A model generated the notes under the pieces. That model made no database searches. It worked only from the letters and a program-made list of their open reading frames with translations, and was not told the DNA's origin. Positions 1 to 10,180 of a stretch of 64,000 nt of DNA are shown one piece after another (positions within the stretch are counted from its first letter, which is position 1; each line of letters starts with the position of its first letter). The position numbers and the translations under genes are program-made. This DNA comes from Escherichia coli (GTDB lineage Bacteria; Pseudomonadota; Gammaproteobacteria; Enterobacterales; Enterobacteriaceae): NCBI RefSeq assembly GCF_003018235.1, contig NZ_CP027437.1. One strand, written 5' to 3'.

Positions 1-873
1 CCACCGGGTCATGTACATACGACTGCGTGTTCAGCCCGCCGCTCAGTTTCAGCGGATCCTGGCTTAAATACTGCCCCGTTCCGGCATCGTAGTAGCGGTG
101 TAAATTATACCACAGCCCGCTCTCCTCATCCTGCCACTGGCCCATGAAGCCCGCATCACAGCTTTCACGCTCACTGTCCGGCGAGTCGTTTGCTGCCAGC
201 CCCCACAGGCTGCGGTGTTTCGTCCACACCTTCCGCCCGTTTGCGCTGTACATCTCCTGCGGTACACCGTCCGGGCCGGTCACTATCGGGTAAAAATGGC
301 TCCGGTCATCATTCGCCGCCCGACGTTCCTTCGCCAGCAGTTCAAATCCGCCACGGTAGTGCCACTGCTCCCGCAGCGCCGGGCTGCCGTCTGCATACCG
401 CTTCTCGCTCGCCGACAGCGCCATGCCCTGCCACTGGTAGCGCACTTCACTGATGGCCTGTTGATGTCGTTTCCACGTCGCCCAGATAACGCAGCGTTTG
501 GCAGTTCTCCGGCCAAAGGCGTCGTAGCTGTACTGCCATACCTCACCGTCTGGTGTCTTTATCTCGCGCAGACGGTCAAAATCGTCCCAGCGGTAGCGCC
601 ACTCCTGTGGGCGAAAGCCGCGTTTTTGTTCTGTGCGCTTTGTCACCCTGCCGCAGGCGTCGTATTCGTAGCGGCTGTCGCCCGCCTGAGTCACACATTC
701 ACGGCTGTACTGGTGCTGCGACAGAATGCCGTTTATCCGGCTTTCCGCTATCTGCTCGTTTACCGTATAGCGATAGCGTTCTTCCTGCGCCGGGCCGTCG
801 GCGTCCAGCCGCAGTACACTGGTTATCTGGTCGCGGGCATCCTACTGGTAGCGCGTTTCCCGCTCCGTACGCG
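1..873 (-). pseudogene. Orphan rhs core fragment (3' part of Rhs YD-repeat core; no start codon; continues past window start toward its own C-terminal toxin domain)
   Basis: Nucleotides 1-873 are a near-identical direct repeat of 1703-2578 inside the main rhs gene; the reverse complement of the first bases encodes ...LSGGLNTQSYVHDPV, i.e. the start of the DPxG cleavage motif. Homology stops abruptly 38 bp downstream of the putative rhsI stop. Confidence 0.75.
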
Positions 874-910
874 TTTATTAGAAATCAAAAGATACCGATA
901 AAGATTCCCT

Positions 911-1267
911 TCATTTTTTTTCAAGCAACTCCTCATAAAGCCACATAACTAACCATTTACTATTTCTTGAATGTTCTAACATATAATGTCCAGACAAATA
1001 TTTAACAAATTCGCCATCATGAAGAGAAATATTTTTATTCATACTGTCAGAAATTATATTCAGAGTCCCTGACTGTACAAAAATATATCCCGTCATCATT
1101 GTTGTAGGTAAAGACAGCGCAGTTTTGTGAATTTTACTAACAATTCTTGAATTATTTACATTTAAACCAACTGTTAATCTAACATTATCTTCAGTGAGAG
1201 GGATGTCAAAATAATCTGACCACTTATAGATATGAAAGTCACTTAAATTTAGAAAAAACTCTCTCAT
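911..1267 (-). CDS. Putative Rhs immunity protein (RhsI-like), AT-rich
   Basis: Small AT-rich ORF immediately downstream of the rhs toxin C-terminus. Start taken at the internal ATG (MREFFLN...) 20 bp after the rhs stop; the longer ORF in the track (to 1384) overlaps rhs. Confidence 0.55.
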   Translation of the reverse strand: MREFFLNLSDFHIYKWSDYFDIPLTEDNVRLTVGLNVNNSRIVSKIHKTALSLPTTMMTGYIFVQSGTLNIISDSMNKNISLHDGEFVKYLSGHYMLEHSRNSKWLVMWLYEELLEKK

Positions 1268-1286
1268 ATTATTCTCATATAAAAGC

Positions 1287-4200
1287 TTAAGGAAAAATAA
1301 CCCCGTATTCTTCAAACGCAGCTCTAGCCGCTGCTTCAGATGCAGCGTTCTGAGTTCCAGTATTTCCGAAATGATAATGACCACTGTGAGGGGCTATATC
1401 AGTACCGAATCGTCCATTCACAACAGTAGCCTCTCCCGCCGCAAGAACTGGTTTTCCATTTGCAATTGCAGCATGAGAAATTTCTATCCCATCTTGCATT
1501 TTTGGTGCAGTTAATAGAGTGCCATCCTCAAGAAGGACATACTTTATATCGCCAGCTTCATCAGCCATATCTGCAAAACGTGGGTCTGATGGTTTCATCG
1601 GTTCAACACCGGCCTCTCTCATTGCAGCCAATTCCTCATCTAAATGTTCCGGTAATTGATTTTTAAACGGGCACCCAATAAAACCCCACGGATCACACCA
1701 GCCCACCGGGTCATGCACATACGACTGCGTGTTCATCCCGCCGCTCAGTTTCAGCGGGTCCTGGCTTAAATACTGCCCCGTTCCGGCATCGTAGTAGCGG
1801 TGTAAATTATACCACAGCCCGCTCTCCTCATCCCGCCACTGGCCCATGAAGCCCGCATCACAGCTTTCACGCTCACTGTCCGGCGAGTCGTTTGCTGCCG
1901 GAAGTCCCCACAGGCTGCGGTGTTTCGTCCACACCTTCTGGCCGTTCGCGCTGTACATCTCCTGTGGTGCGCCGTCCGGGCCGGTCACTATCGGGTAAAA
2001 ATGGCTCCGGTCATCATTCGCCGCCCGGCTTTCCTTTGCCAGCAGTTCAAACCCGTCACGGTAATGCCACTGTTCCCGTAGCGCCGGGCTGCCGTCTGCG
2101 TAGCACTTCTCACTGATGGAAAGCGCCATGCCCTGCCACTGGTAGCGCATTTCACTGATGGCGTGGCCTTGCTGCTTCCATGCAGCACGGATAACGCAGC
2201 GTTTTGCGGTTCTCCGGCCAAAGGCGTCGTAGCTGTACTGCCATACCTCACCGTCTGGTGTCTTTATCTCGCGCAGACGGTCAAAATCGTCCCAGCGGTA
2301 GCGCCACTCCTGTGGGCGAAAGCCGCGTTTTTGTTCTGTGCGCTTTGTCACCCTGCCGCAGGCGTCGTATTCGTAGCGGCTGTCGCCCGCCTGAGTCACA
2401 CATTCACGGCTGTACTGGTGCTGCGACAGAATGCCGTTTATCCGGCTTTCCGCTATCTGCTCGTTTACCGTATAGCGGTAGCGTTCTTCCTGCGCCGGGC
2501 CACCGGCGTCCAGCCGCAGTACGCTGGTTATCTGGTCGCGGGCATCGTACTGGTAGCGCGTTTCCCGCTCCGTGCGCGTTTTCGACCACACTTCATGCCC
2601 GGTCAGGCGGCCCGATTTATCCCACGCGTAGCGGTGTTCGCCCAGCGGTCGCCACGACGCCACGCTCTGGTGACCGCCAGCCAGCCGCTCTGCGCCCTGT
2701 TTTTGCCATGCCGTACGCCCGCAGGCGTCATATCCCTGCTCCTGCATATACACCGCATGGTTCAGCGGCGTCTGTGCCAGCCAGCTTTCCTCATTCTCCG
2801 GGCGGTAACGTCTGCTTTTTTCCAGCCCGGCGGGGGAATGACCGAAGTCCATCCGGTGGCCGTTGCTGCGGTAGCCCATGAGAATGCCCGAAGCATCGTA
2901 TTCTCTCTGTGTTTCCCCGTCCGGCGTTGTGGTGCCCGCCAGCCGTCCGGCTTCGTCGTAACGGTACTCCGTGCGCTGGCCATCCTGCTCTTCCGCCACC
3001 AGGCGATGACGTTCGTCCCACTCCAGTTTTACCTCGCTGGTCAGCGTGTAACCTGCTTCACTGGCATCACTGCGCTCATACACCTGCGCGCTCACCATCC
3101 GGTCATAATGGTCGTACTGATAACAGAGTTGCTGATGCTCGCCGCTGATGGTCGTCACCCGGCCATAGCCATCCCGCGCATAGCGCCATACGCTACCGTC
3201 CGGGCGGTGTTTTTCTGCCAGTCGGCCCTGTTCATCACGGATATAGACGGTTCTGCGTCCGGACCAGTCATCCTCCCCGGCCATCTGGCCCGCTGCATCA
3301 TAGTGCAGCCGCCACTGCTGGTTGCCGCTGCGCGTAAGCTGCGTCAGCCTTGCGGCACCGTCGTAGTTGCAGAGTATCCGCTGCCCGCCCGCGTCTTCCA
3401 CTTCCCGCAGCAGGTCAAATGCCCCGTGGCGGTAGCGCGTGGCCTGCCCCATGGCCCCGGTGTGGAGGGCGATTTTGCCTTCACCGTCATAGCGGAAGGT
3501 TTCCACGCCGCCATCGGCCCGGATAACCGCACTCAGTTTCTCATGCGGGTTATCAGCACCGGGGCGGTACTGCCAGTTCATGCTGCGCCCTTCCGCATCC
3601 ACCAGCCCCGTCAGCCGCAGCCAGCGGTCTTCCGTGTAATGGGTCGTGCGGCCTTCAGCATCCGTATGGGAAAGCAGGCCACCGTGGGCGCTGTAGCCCC
3701 ACTGTTCGTGGCTGCCGTCCGGGTATGTCACTTCCTTCAGCAGACCGTCTTCGGTATGACGGTACTGCCATTTTTGCCCGTTCACTTCCCGCCGGATAAG
3801 GTTCCCTTCGGCGTTATAGCTATAAGCTGCCGTGGTGTGATGGTCACGGTAGGCCGTTACCTGGCCGAACTCATCCCGCTGCCATTCACGCTTGCGCCCG
3901 TTCTCGTCCGTTTCGCTCAGGATACGCCCGGCGTAGTCGCGTTTTATCTGTGTGATACGCCCGCCCGGCTGGCGGATACACAGCGGCTGGTCGTATTCGT
4001 TACGCTCCCATTCAGTGATACGCCCCAGCGGGTCACGCTGTTTTTTCAGCAGCCAGGATTCATCGAACCACAGCGTGGTGGTGGCTCCGGTGGCGTCGGT
4101 ATAATCGGTTCTGCGCTCATCAGGGAAGTAGCGGAAGGTGTCGTTATACAGGCCTTCCTGTGTGCCTGTGGCAGTCACCCGGCCTTCATCGTCATAGCGC

Positions 4201-5813
4201 AGGTGGAAGTGCGTCGGGCCATTGTCGCGCCAGGAACTCAGCCAGCCCTGTTCGGTATAGGTATAGTGCAATGCACCATTAAAGCGGGTCTGTACATCAC
4301 GCAGCCGCTGCTCATCGCCGTGGCTGATATAGTCGTAACGCACCAGCTCGCTGCCGTCTGACTCGTCGGTCACACGGAATATCTGCCCCTGCGGGCCACA
4401 CCTCACCCGCAGACTCAGGCCGCTACTGTGGGTTACGTTTGTCAGGTGGCCGATGGCGTTATAGGTGAAGCGAATTTCGTTGCGGTTGCGGTCTTTTATT
4501 ACTGTTAGCCGCAGACGACGTGCGCCGGGGGAGATGGGCGTAAAGATATAACCCAGTTGTGAGTATTCGTCGAAAATAATAGCCCGCTCACGGTTTCCCA
4601 GGAGGCGATAGTGCGGGACAAGCAGGTTACGGCTACTGTATGGTGCCTGCTCCGTGGAGTAGGCCGGACATAGCCCCTCAGCATCAAAGTAGGTGACGTT
4701 TTTCCCGTTGCTATCGAACTCCAGAAACTGCGACCAGTTACACAACCAGCGACTGCCCAGCAAACCACTAACCGGATGTCGGCCTGTATAAGCACGTTTC
4801 AGCGTCAGCGGTAAAATATGCGAATAGTTGAAATCAGTTCGGTAATCCAGATATTCACCCGTTCCGGTATCCACCGGATCGCTGAACCCCTGACTGATAC
4901 GCTCATTGGCGGCTCTGTTTAACTGCTTTGCTCCCCATAGAGCTGTTAACACCTCCAGACTTGATACAACAGATTGTTCCAGTACCGTCATATCTGCATT
5001 AATCGGCCCATACTGTCCGGTTGTCTTATCAGCCGTGATGGTTTTACATCCTTCCTGAATAACTGCCGAGCAGGTAATTTTATGGCCCTTACGCGCCAGC
5101 GGCAGGCTGTTGACGGAAATAATTTTGCTCCCTTCCACTATCTGCGGAGGAGGACTGCCCGGATCCTTACTACATTCAACCGGATCAGTGACGCGAGCTA
5201 CCGCTTTTCCTTCAAAAAAAACATTAGGTGAGCCTTCTACAATCTGCCCGGTTTCAGATGCCCAGCGGGAACCAATTACCATCGCTGCACCACCGACAAA
5301 TCCACCAGCTAATCCCCCGGCCCCGGCAGCAACGGTGGCAGCAAGCACACCCAATGCGGCGCCCCCTGTAGCGACAACCAGAGCCCCCACTGCAATCCCT
5401 ACGATAAGTCCACCGATTAACCCACCAATAGCACCCAGAAAGGAATTGTTATGAACAATGTGATGACCCACACACGCCGGTATATCTGTTGGGCCGGAAA
5501 CAGCGTGATCTTTACCCCAGGTATCCATGAACCAGTCACCTGCTTTGGTGCCCAGCCATCCCCCCAGCATCCCGCCAGCCAGTCCGGCAATCAAAGGGCC
5601 TCCAAATCCTGCAACAGCTTTGGCTATTCCGGCTGCACAGGTATTTGCTGCGGCGGCTGCCAGTCCCACCTTTGCCGTTGCTCCCACCATGCTGACAGCC
5701 ATTATTCCAGTACTGGCAATATGTCCTGTGGTAGCAATACTCTCCACTGTTTCGGCATTACTGTCCCGTTGGTCCAGCTCCGCTAACTTCTCCTGCGCGC
5801 TTTTTTCCGTCAT
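1287..5813 (-). CDS. Rhs-family T6SS effector: N-terminal Gly/Ala-rich transmembrane region plus PAAR-like domain, YD-repeat shell, DPxG autoproteolysis motif (VHDPVGWCDPWGF), about 130-aa C-terminal toxin domain of unknown type
   Basis: 1508-aa ORF. Many YD repeats (YDxxGR-type), PAAR-like region (VTDPVECS...KGHKITCSA), C-terminal DPVGWCDPWGF followed by a divergent tail. Preceded by a DUF1795/EagR-like gene. Confidence 0.9.
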   Translation of the reverse strand: MTEKSAQEKLAELDQRDSNAETVESIATTGHIASTGIMAVSMVGATAKVGLAAAAANTCAAGIAKAVAGFGGPLIAGLAGGMLGGWLGTKAGDWFMDTWGKDHAVSGPTDIPACVGHHIVHNNSFLGAIGGLIGGLIVGIAVGALVVATGGAALGVLAATVAAGAGGLAGGFVGGAAMVIGSRWASETGQIVEGSPNVFFEGKAVARVTDPVECSKDPGSPPPQIVEGSKIISVNSLPLARKGHKITCSAVIQEGCKTITADKTTGQYGPINADMTVLEQSVVSSLEVLTALWGAKQLNRAANERISQGFSDPVDTGTGEYLDYRTDFNYSHILPLTLKRAYTGRHPVSGLLGSRWLCNWSQFLEFDSNGKNVTYFDAEGLCPAYSTEQAPYSSRNLLVPHYRLLGNRERAIIFDEYSQLGYIFTPISPGARRLRLTVIKDRNRNEIRFTYNAIGHLTNVTHSSGLSLRVRCGPQGQIFRVTDESDGSELVRYDYISHGDEQRLRDVQTRFNGALHYTYTEQGWLSSWRDNGPTHFHLRYDDEGRVTATGTQEGLYNDTFRYFPDERRTDYTDATGATTTLWFDESWLLKKQRDPLGRITEWERNEYDQPLCIRQPGGRITQIKRDYAGRILSETDENGRKREWQRDEFGQVTAYRDHHTTAAYSYNAEGNLIRREVNGQKWQYRHTEDGLLKEVTYPDGSHEQWGYSAHGGLLSHTDAEGRTTHYTEDRWLRLTGLVDAEGRSMNWQYRPGADNPHEKLSAVIRADGGVETFRYDGEGKIALHTGAMGQATRYRHGAFDLLREVEDAGGQRILCNYDGAARLTQLTRSGNQQWRLHYDAAGQMAGEDDWSGRRTVYIRDEQGRLAEKHRPDGSVWRYARDGYGRVTTISGEHQQLCYQYDHYDRMVSAQVYERSDASEAGYTLTSEVKLEWDERHRLVAEEQDGQRTEYRYDEAGRLAGTTTPDGETQREYDASGILMGYRSNGHRMDFGHSPAGLEKSRRYRPENEESWLAQTPLNHAVYMQEQGYDACGRTAWQKQGAERLAGGHQSVASWRPLGEHRYAWDKSGRLTGHEVWSKTRTERETRYQYDARDQITSVLRLDAGGPAQEERYRYTVNEQIAESRINGILSQHQYSRECVTQAGDSRYEYDACGRVTKRTEQKRGFRPQEWRYRWDDFDRLREIKTPDGEVWQYSYDAFGRRTAKRCVIRAAWKQQGHAISEMRYQWQGMALSISEKCYADGSPALREQWHYRDGFELLAKESRAANDDRSHFYPIVTGPDGAPQEMYSANGQKVWTKHRSLWGLPAANDSPDSERESCDAGFMGQWRDEESGLWYNLHRYYDAGTGQYLSQDPLKLSGGMNTQSYVHDPVGWCDPWGFIGCPFKNQLPEHLDEELAAMREAGVEPMKPSDPRFADMADEAGDIKYVLLEDGTLLTAPKMQDGIEISHAAIANGKPVLAAGEATVVNGRFGTDIAPHSGHYHFGNTGTQNAASEAAARAAFEEYGVIFP

Positions 5814-5843
5814 CTGTTCGTCCTTCCCGCTGAACTGGCTGGG

Positions 5844-6275
5844 TTATTTATCCTGCGGCATTCCAAAACAAAAATTCAATAATGCTCCCCGCATCGCTTT
5901 ACGATCCTCCTCTGCCAGCGCCTGTGTTGAGGAATAGGTCAGCGTCAGTACTTGTCGCTCGTTCAGAATTACCAGCAGCAACTGCTGTATCATCACCCCC
6001 TTGTTATCCCAGCTAAATTCCCAGTATTCCGCCGGGCGCTCCTGTACATGACAGCGTTCTTCGACGGTGAACACCATTTTCGACAGTTCGGTACGGAATT
6101 TCTTTTTCTGCACCGCCAGATAGTCATCAAACTGCGCACCATCCGGCAATATTTCACGGGTAACAACAACATTAGCCCCGGCAATCGCACTTAATACCGG
6201 TGTCAGAATATTCATACTGCTGTCCTGCCAGTTTCCTGGCAGGGTGAAATGTCCTTCATTAATTAGATATTGCAT
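5844..6275 (-). CDS. EagR-like (DUF1795) effector-associated chaperone for the downstream PAAR-Rhs
   Basis: 143 aa; N-terminus MQYLINEGHFTLPGNWQDSSMNIL matches the typical DUF1795 start pattern (recalled). Sits directly upstream of an rhs with an N-terminal TM region. Confidence 0.7.
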   Translation of the reverse strand: MQYLINEGHFTLPGNWQDSSMNILTPVLSAIAGANVVVTREILPDGAQFDDYLAVQKKKFRTELSKMVFTVEERCHVQERPAEYWEFSWDNKGVMIQQLLLVILNERQVLTLTYSSTQALAEEDRKAMRGALLNFCFGMPQDK

Positions 6276-6480
6276 TCTCTTCCCCTGACATTAATTAAAA
6301 AAAATACCATTGATTTAATAATTGAATAACACCAAGATACTTGCATCATGAGTTTATATAGTTTTCCCGCCAACCTATATTTGTTTTTTCACACAAATAA
6401 GAATGTACTTACACACAAACCAATAAATCCACTGGTATCTAAAATAATTATTCTTTACATTATCTTAATCACAGATTTTA

Positions 6481-6930
6481 CTAATGGTTTCTCAAAAAAA
6501 TCTTTGCGTAATTAGGATTATTTAACTCTAAGTTCACCACATTAGATTTAAAATTATAAAAATCCGCATCTCTATCATCCTCTGTAACCTTTGAATCAAC
6601 CGTCGACCACACATTCGTATAAAAACTACACTCATGCTTTCCTGGCGTAATATGGTAATCTCTGGCAATTTGTACATAGTCCCCCACCTTCATTTCTCCG
6701 GGAGAGATTTTGTAATATTCCCCTTGTCCAAGGTTGTACATTACACCTGAATAACGAATCTTCTTGCCATCACATTCAACACTCAATTGATCGGAGCTCG
6801 GATATTTACCTTGAGATATGTACCTGACATCTATATATAATGGAATTTCACCATTATTTTTAACACGTACAGCAACATAAACGTCATCTTCTTTGGGTAT
6901 AACATCCACAATAACCATGTAACATGGCAT
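6481..6930 (-). CDS. Hypothetical protein downstream of vgrG; candidate immunity/partner for the VgrG C-terminal domain
   Basis: AT-rich ORF starting just after the vgrG stop; no obvious signal peptide; start codon uncertain (ATG at 6930 or 6918). Confidence 0.4.
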   Translation of the reverse strand: MPCYMVIVDVIPKEDDVYVAVRVKNNGEIPLYIDVRYISQGKYPSSDQLSVECDGKKIRYSGVMYNLGQGEYYKISPGEMKVGDYVQIARDYHITPGKHECSFYTNVWSTVDSKVTEDDRDADFYNFKSNVVNLELNNPNYAKIFLRNH

Positions 6931-6946
6931 CCATAAATTAAGCCTT

Positions 6947-9784
6947 TTATTCAAAATAACGTTCAAAGTTATAAGCACTTTGTAATGAGGCCCGCTTACC
7001 CTTTTTAGCTAGATCTATACCACCACTTCTTAAACCCTCATCAAAACTTCCGAGCACATCATAAAAATGTGACATTTCATGAATCAAAGTTATGACTTGT
7101 GAATCACGACCGTCCAGGGGATCGTCAATAAATTTATTTCCAAGATAAATGGTATGGGTATAATCTCCATCATTAACTCTTCCATGAACATTAACATCCA
7201 TAAATTCAAAATTTTGGTACTTAATCCCCTCATTAATTTCAATTTCTTTTTTTACAGCGTTTAAAATTTTATTCCTGGCTGCCTCATCATCAACACCGAA
7301 TATATTTCCAAAACGCTCTTTATCGTTATCATTCCAACGAATCAACTCATCTCTTGCTGATTTTAATTTTTTACGCTGCGCTTCAAGAACAAGTTTCATA
7401 TCATTTTCACTGATCCTTTTCTCCTCTATCATTTCATAAACAGGATTTCCATAATTATCTGTAAGAGGTTTTCCATTATATCCAATTATAGCTACTCCAT
7501 TACCCGGCCCTGATGTAGAAAAATCTCTAATTGTATTAATTTTATATTTACCATTTGCGTCACTACCGCCAGGATTCAGTGCCAAGTGAGTAGGTCCATC
7601 AAGGATGATAGTGCCGTCTGAATTCATCACGAGAGTGCTGCTTCCCACAGTCAACGTAATGTTCGTTGCCGCAGTCAAATGAATGGCACCAGATTTTGAT
7701 GTGATGGTAATATCCCCTTCGACAGTCTCCGTGCAGGTTCCCGTTTCTACCGTCACTTCGCGTTTACCCGTTTTCACCGTCAGAGACTGGTCACCTTCTG
7801 TCACAGTAATATCCCGGTTGCCTTTGATGGTTTCGGTGTGCTTACCCTCAACAAATTCTGTGCGATCGATTTTTACCGTAGATGTTTCGTTATGAATGAT
7901 GGTTTTCGTCCGATCTGCCTTTACCGTGTGTGTTTCGTTATTTTTCACGACGGTATTCAGATCTTTCTCCGCAAGAAACCTCACTTCTTCCGCACCTGTT
8001 TTATCGTCAAAGCGCAGCATGTTTCCGTTGGTCGGCCCGCCATACAGCGAGTGGCTGAATATCCCGCTCTGCGACGCCATGCCCGGCAATCCCCACGGCG
8101 GCATGGTGTCCTGGTTATAGGTGCGCCCTACAATGATCGGTAAATCCGGGTCGCCGTTTTTGAAATCCACCAGCACTTCCTGGCCGATGCGCGGGATCTG
8201 GATCATCCCGAATCCTTTCCCCGCCCACGGGTAGCTGACGCGGATCCAGCAGGAGCTGTTTTCGTCATTCTTTCCGTAACGGTCCCAGCCAAACTGGACC
8301 TTCACCCGGCCATATTTATCCGTCCAGATTTCCTGCCCCGCAGGGCCGGTGACGATGGCGCTCTGCGGGCCTTTGGTGTGGGGTTTGCTCAGGGTTCGCT
8401 GTGGGCGGTAAACTTCGCTGGTGGGATGCAGTTCAAACGTGGTGACATAGGTAAAATGCTGCTCCTGACCGCTGTGCTGCGCATTATCCCGTAAAAACAG
8501 CGTGGTCTGTACCAGTAGGTATTCCTGGTTGACCTCTGCCGTTGGATGATTCATCAGCGTAAAGGTGTAACCCGTCATGAGGGTGCGGATATGACCTGCC
8601 CCATGTGCCCGGCTGCCGGGGCTGCGCTGCGCTTCCATACGAATGCGCGTCAGCATCTCGCCTTCGCCCGTAGTGAAGTAATCACCAGGCCATTCATAAT
8701 GCTCGTATTCAGCATGACCGGTATCACGCGGACTAGCCACGGTACTTTTAAGCAGCGAACGAGGCTTCATAAAATCAAAATCGTCCATCACCCACTTTCC
8801 AGTACGTAGCCTCTCACTGGCCGTAATGGTGTGGATAAATTCCTTGTCCAGTTTCAGACCTTCCTGGTGCCACTCCACCAGTGGCGAGTCAGGGCACGCT
8901 TTATGACCATTGATGGCATCCGCCAGCACCAGCGTATGGCTGTTCTCGCTGTGCTCAAACCACCAGTAAATTCCCCACTCCTGCATCAGGCGCTGGATGA
9001 AATCAAAATCCGTTTCACCGTACTGTACCTGCCAGGCACGAGGTGGATAATTTTCCACCAGCCGTTTTTCCACCGGAAAGGAATATTCATCCAGTACTTC
9101 ATCGAGAATATCCACCACGGTTTTATTCTGGAACGCCTTGTAGTCGCTGGTATGGGTCAGCAGCTTCAGCCATGGCTCAATGCGTAATTCATACGTTACC
9201 GAACGGCCCTCATGGCCGACCACCCGCGCTGCCGTCACCAGCCCGCTGATATACCGTTTTTCGCCACCGTCCAGTTCAATACTGACGCACAGGTCTTTGC
9301 CCACCATGGGCTGAAGCGGCAGGTTGGCAGCGGGAGAAACGTAACCCAGGTTCAGGATGTCCGGCGTTTTAAGCTGTACTGTGTAGGAAAACAGATTCCC
9401 AAGTCCTTCCGAACCATTCATGCCTGCAAACAAAAGCAACTGCGGCGGCACCGCGCTACCACTTACTGTGACGTTATGCGCCCCCGGACCACCGGCTGCA
9501 AGCGACGACGCCGCATCCTGAACTGTACCAGCCATATCCGAGATCCCTACTGCAGCAGCGGCAGCCTGCGCAGCAGTTACTGCAGCTTTAACCAGACCTG
9601 ACGGTTCCGGCAACGCACCAAACAGGTCCGCCGCGGCCTGTTCTGCCATCTCCTCGGCGGCACCAGATACATCGGTTACGGCTGAACTGGCGCTTACAGC
9701 ACTACTTTCTCCGGCTATCGGTGGCGTGGAGATAGCTGGCCCACCGTTACTGCCAGATTTATTACTCGTAGATACAAAACTCAT
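6947..9784 (-). CDS. vgrG: VgrG (TssI) spike protein, 'evolved' type, with an AT-rich C-terminal extension containing an HExxH motif
   Basis: 945 aa. gp27-like region ([25 protein letters not shown]), gp5 OB-fold and beta-helix repeats (VKVQFGWD..., TVKxxR repeats). C-terminal about 180 aa is low GC and contains LIHEMSHF. Good SD (AAAGGA) upstream of the ATG at 9784. Confidence 0.9.
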   Translation of the reverse strand: MSFVSTSNKSGSNGGPAISTPPIAGESSAVSASSAVTDVSGAAEEMAEQAAADLFGALPEPSGLVKAAVTAAQAAAAAVGISDMAGTVQDAASSLAAGGPGAHNVTVSGSAVPPQLLLFAGMNGSEGLGNLFSYTVQLKTPDILNLGYVSPAANLPLQPMVGKDLCVSIELDGGEKRYISGLVTAARVVGHEGRSVTYELRIEPWLKLLTHTSDYKAFQNKTVVDILDEVLDEYSFPVEKRLVENYPPRAWQVQYGETDFDFIQRLMQEWGIYWWFEHSENSHTLVLADAINGHKACPDSPLVEWHQEGLKLDKEFIHTITASERLRTGKWVMDDFDFMKPRSLLKSTVASPRDTGHAEYEHYEWPGDYFTTGEGEMLTRIRMEAQRSPGSRAHGAGHIRTLMTGYTFTLMNHPTAEVNQEYLLVQTTLFLRDNAQHSGQEQHFTYVTTFELHPTSEVYRPQRTLSKPHTKGPQSAIVTGPAGQEIWTDKYGRVKVQFGWDRYGKNDENSSCWIRVSYPWAGKGFGMIQIPRIGQEVLVDFKNGDPDLPIIVGRTYNQDTMPPWGLPGMASQSGIFSHSLYGGPTNGNMLRFDDKTGAEEVRFLAEKDLNTVVKNNETHTVKADRTKTIIHNETSTVKIDRTEFVEGKHTETIKGNRDITVTEGDQSLTVKTGKREVTVETGTCTETVEGDITITSKSGAIHLTAATNITLTVGSSTLVMNSDGTIILDGPTHLALNPGGSDANGKYKINTIRDFSTSGPGNGVAIIGYNGKPLTDNYGNPVYEMIEEKRISENDMKLVLEAQRKKLKSARDELIRWNDNDKERFGNIFGVDDEAARNKILNAVKKEIEINEGIKYQNFEFMDVNVHGRVNDGDYTHTIYLGNKFIDDPLDGRDSQVITLIHEMSHFYDVLGSFDEGLRSGGIDLAKKGKRASLQSAYNFERYFE

Positions 9785-9808
9785 GATATTTATTCCTTTA
9801 ATATCGGA

Positions 9809-10180
9809 TTAGAATTTAGCGCCCGGCGGCCAGAAAAAATAAGAAATAACCCGCCACTGTCCATCTTTATAATGAAAAAAACATGTCAGATTTAAATCCC
9901 CCCGCAAATGCCAAAACATTTCTTTGATGGGAATATTTCTGAATTTAGGATTTGTTGAGCGATAGGTGTTTTCAATTTCTATATAATACTCACCGACAAA
10001 TTTATAACGAGGATTTATAAATTCATACGCTGGCTGACCATAGTTATTTAATAGAACATTCTCTTCAACTCCATTATACACACCACTCGCATTCAGATAA
10101 GCATGCCCAGGAATATCAGACATGCTATTTTTCGCCCCACCCACTATCAAAAAAATTACCACAGCGTATATTAGTTTCAT
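9809..10180 (-). CDS. Hypothetical exported protein (N-terminal hydrophobic signal/anchor); candidate immunity protein for the upstream HExxH protein
   Basis: 123 aa, N-terminus MKLIYAVVIFLIVGGAKNS; AT-rich; its start overlaps the stop of the upstream ORF by 4 bp. Confidence 0.45.
   Translation of the reverse strand: MKLIYAVVIFLIVGGAKNSMSDIPGHAYLNASGVYNGVEENVLLNNYGQPAYEFINPRYKFVGEYYIEIENTYRSTNPKFRNIPIKEMFWHLRGDLNLTCFFHYKDGQWRVISYFFWPPGAKF

Noticed and set aside
215-948. Plus-strand ORFs of 228 and 131 aa at the window start
   Set aside because: They lie antisense to the orphan rhs fragment and mirror the spurious ORFs over the homologous part of the main rhs.
2163-4361. 732-aa plus-strand ORF (and neighbours 1892-2116, 2204-2881) inside the rhs region
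   Set aside because: Antisense to the strongly supported rhs frame; GC-rich DNA gives long spurious open frames, and the translation is low complexity with no recognisable domains.
5110-5937. Pro/Ala-rich plus-strand ORFs (114, 111 and 136 aa)
   Set aside because: Mirror image of the Gly/Ala-rich N-terminal TM region of Rhs on the opposite strand; a composition artefact.
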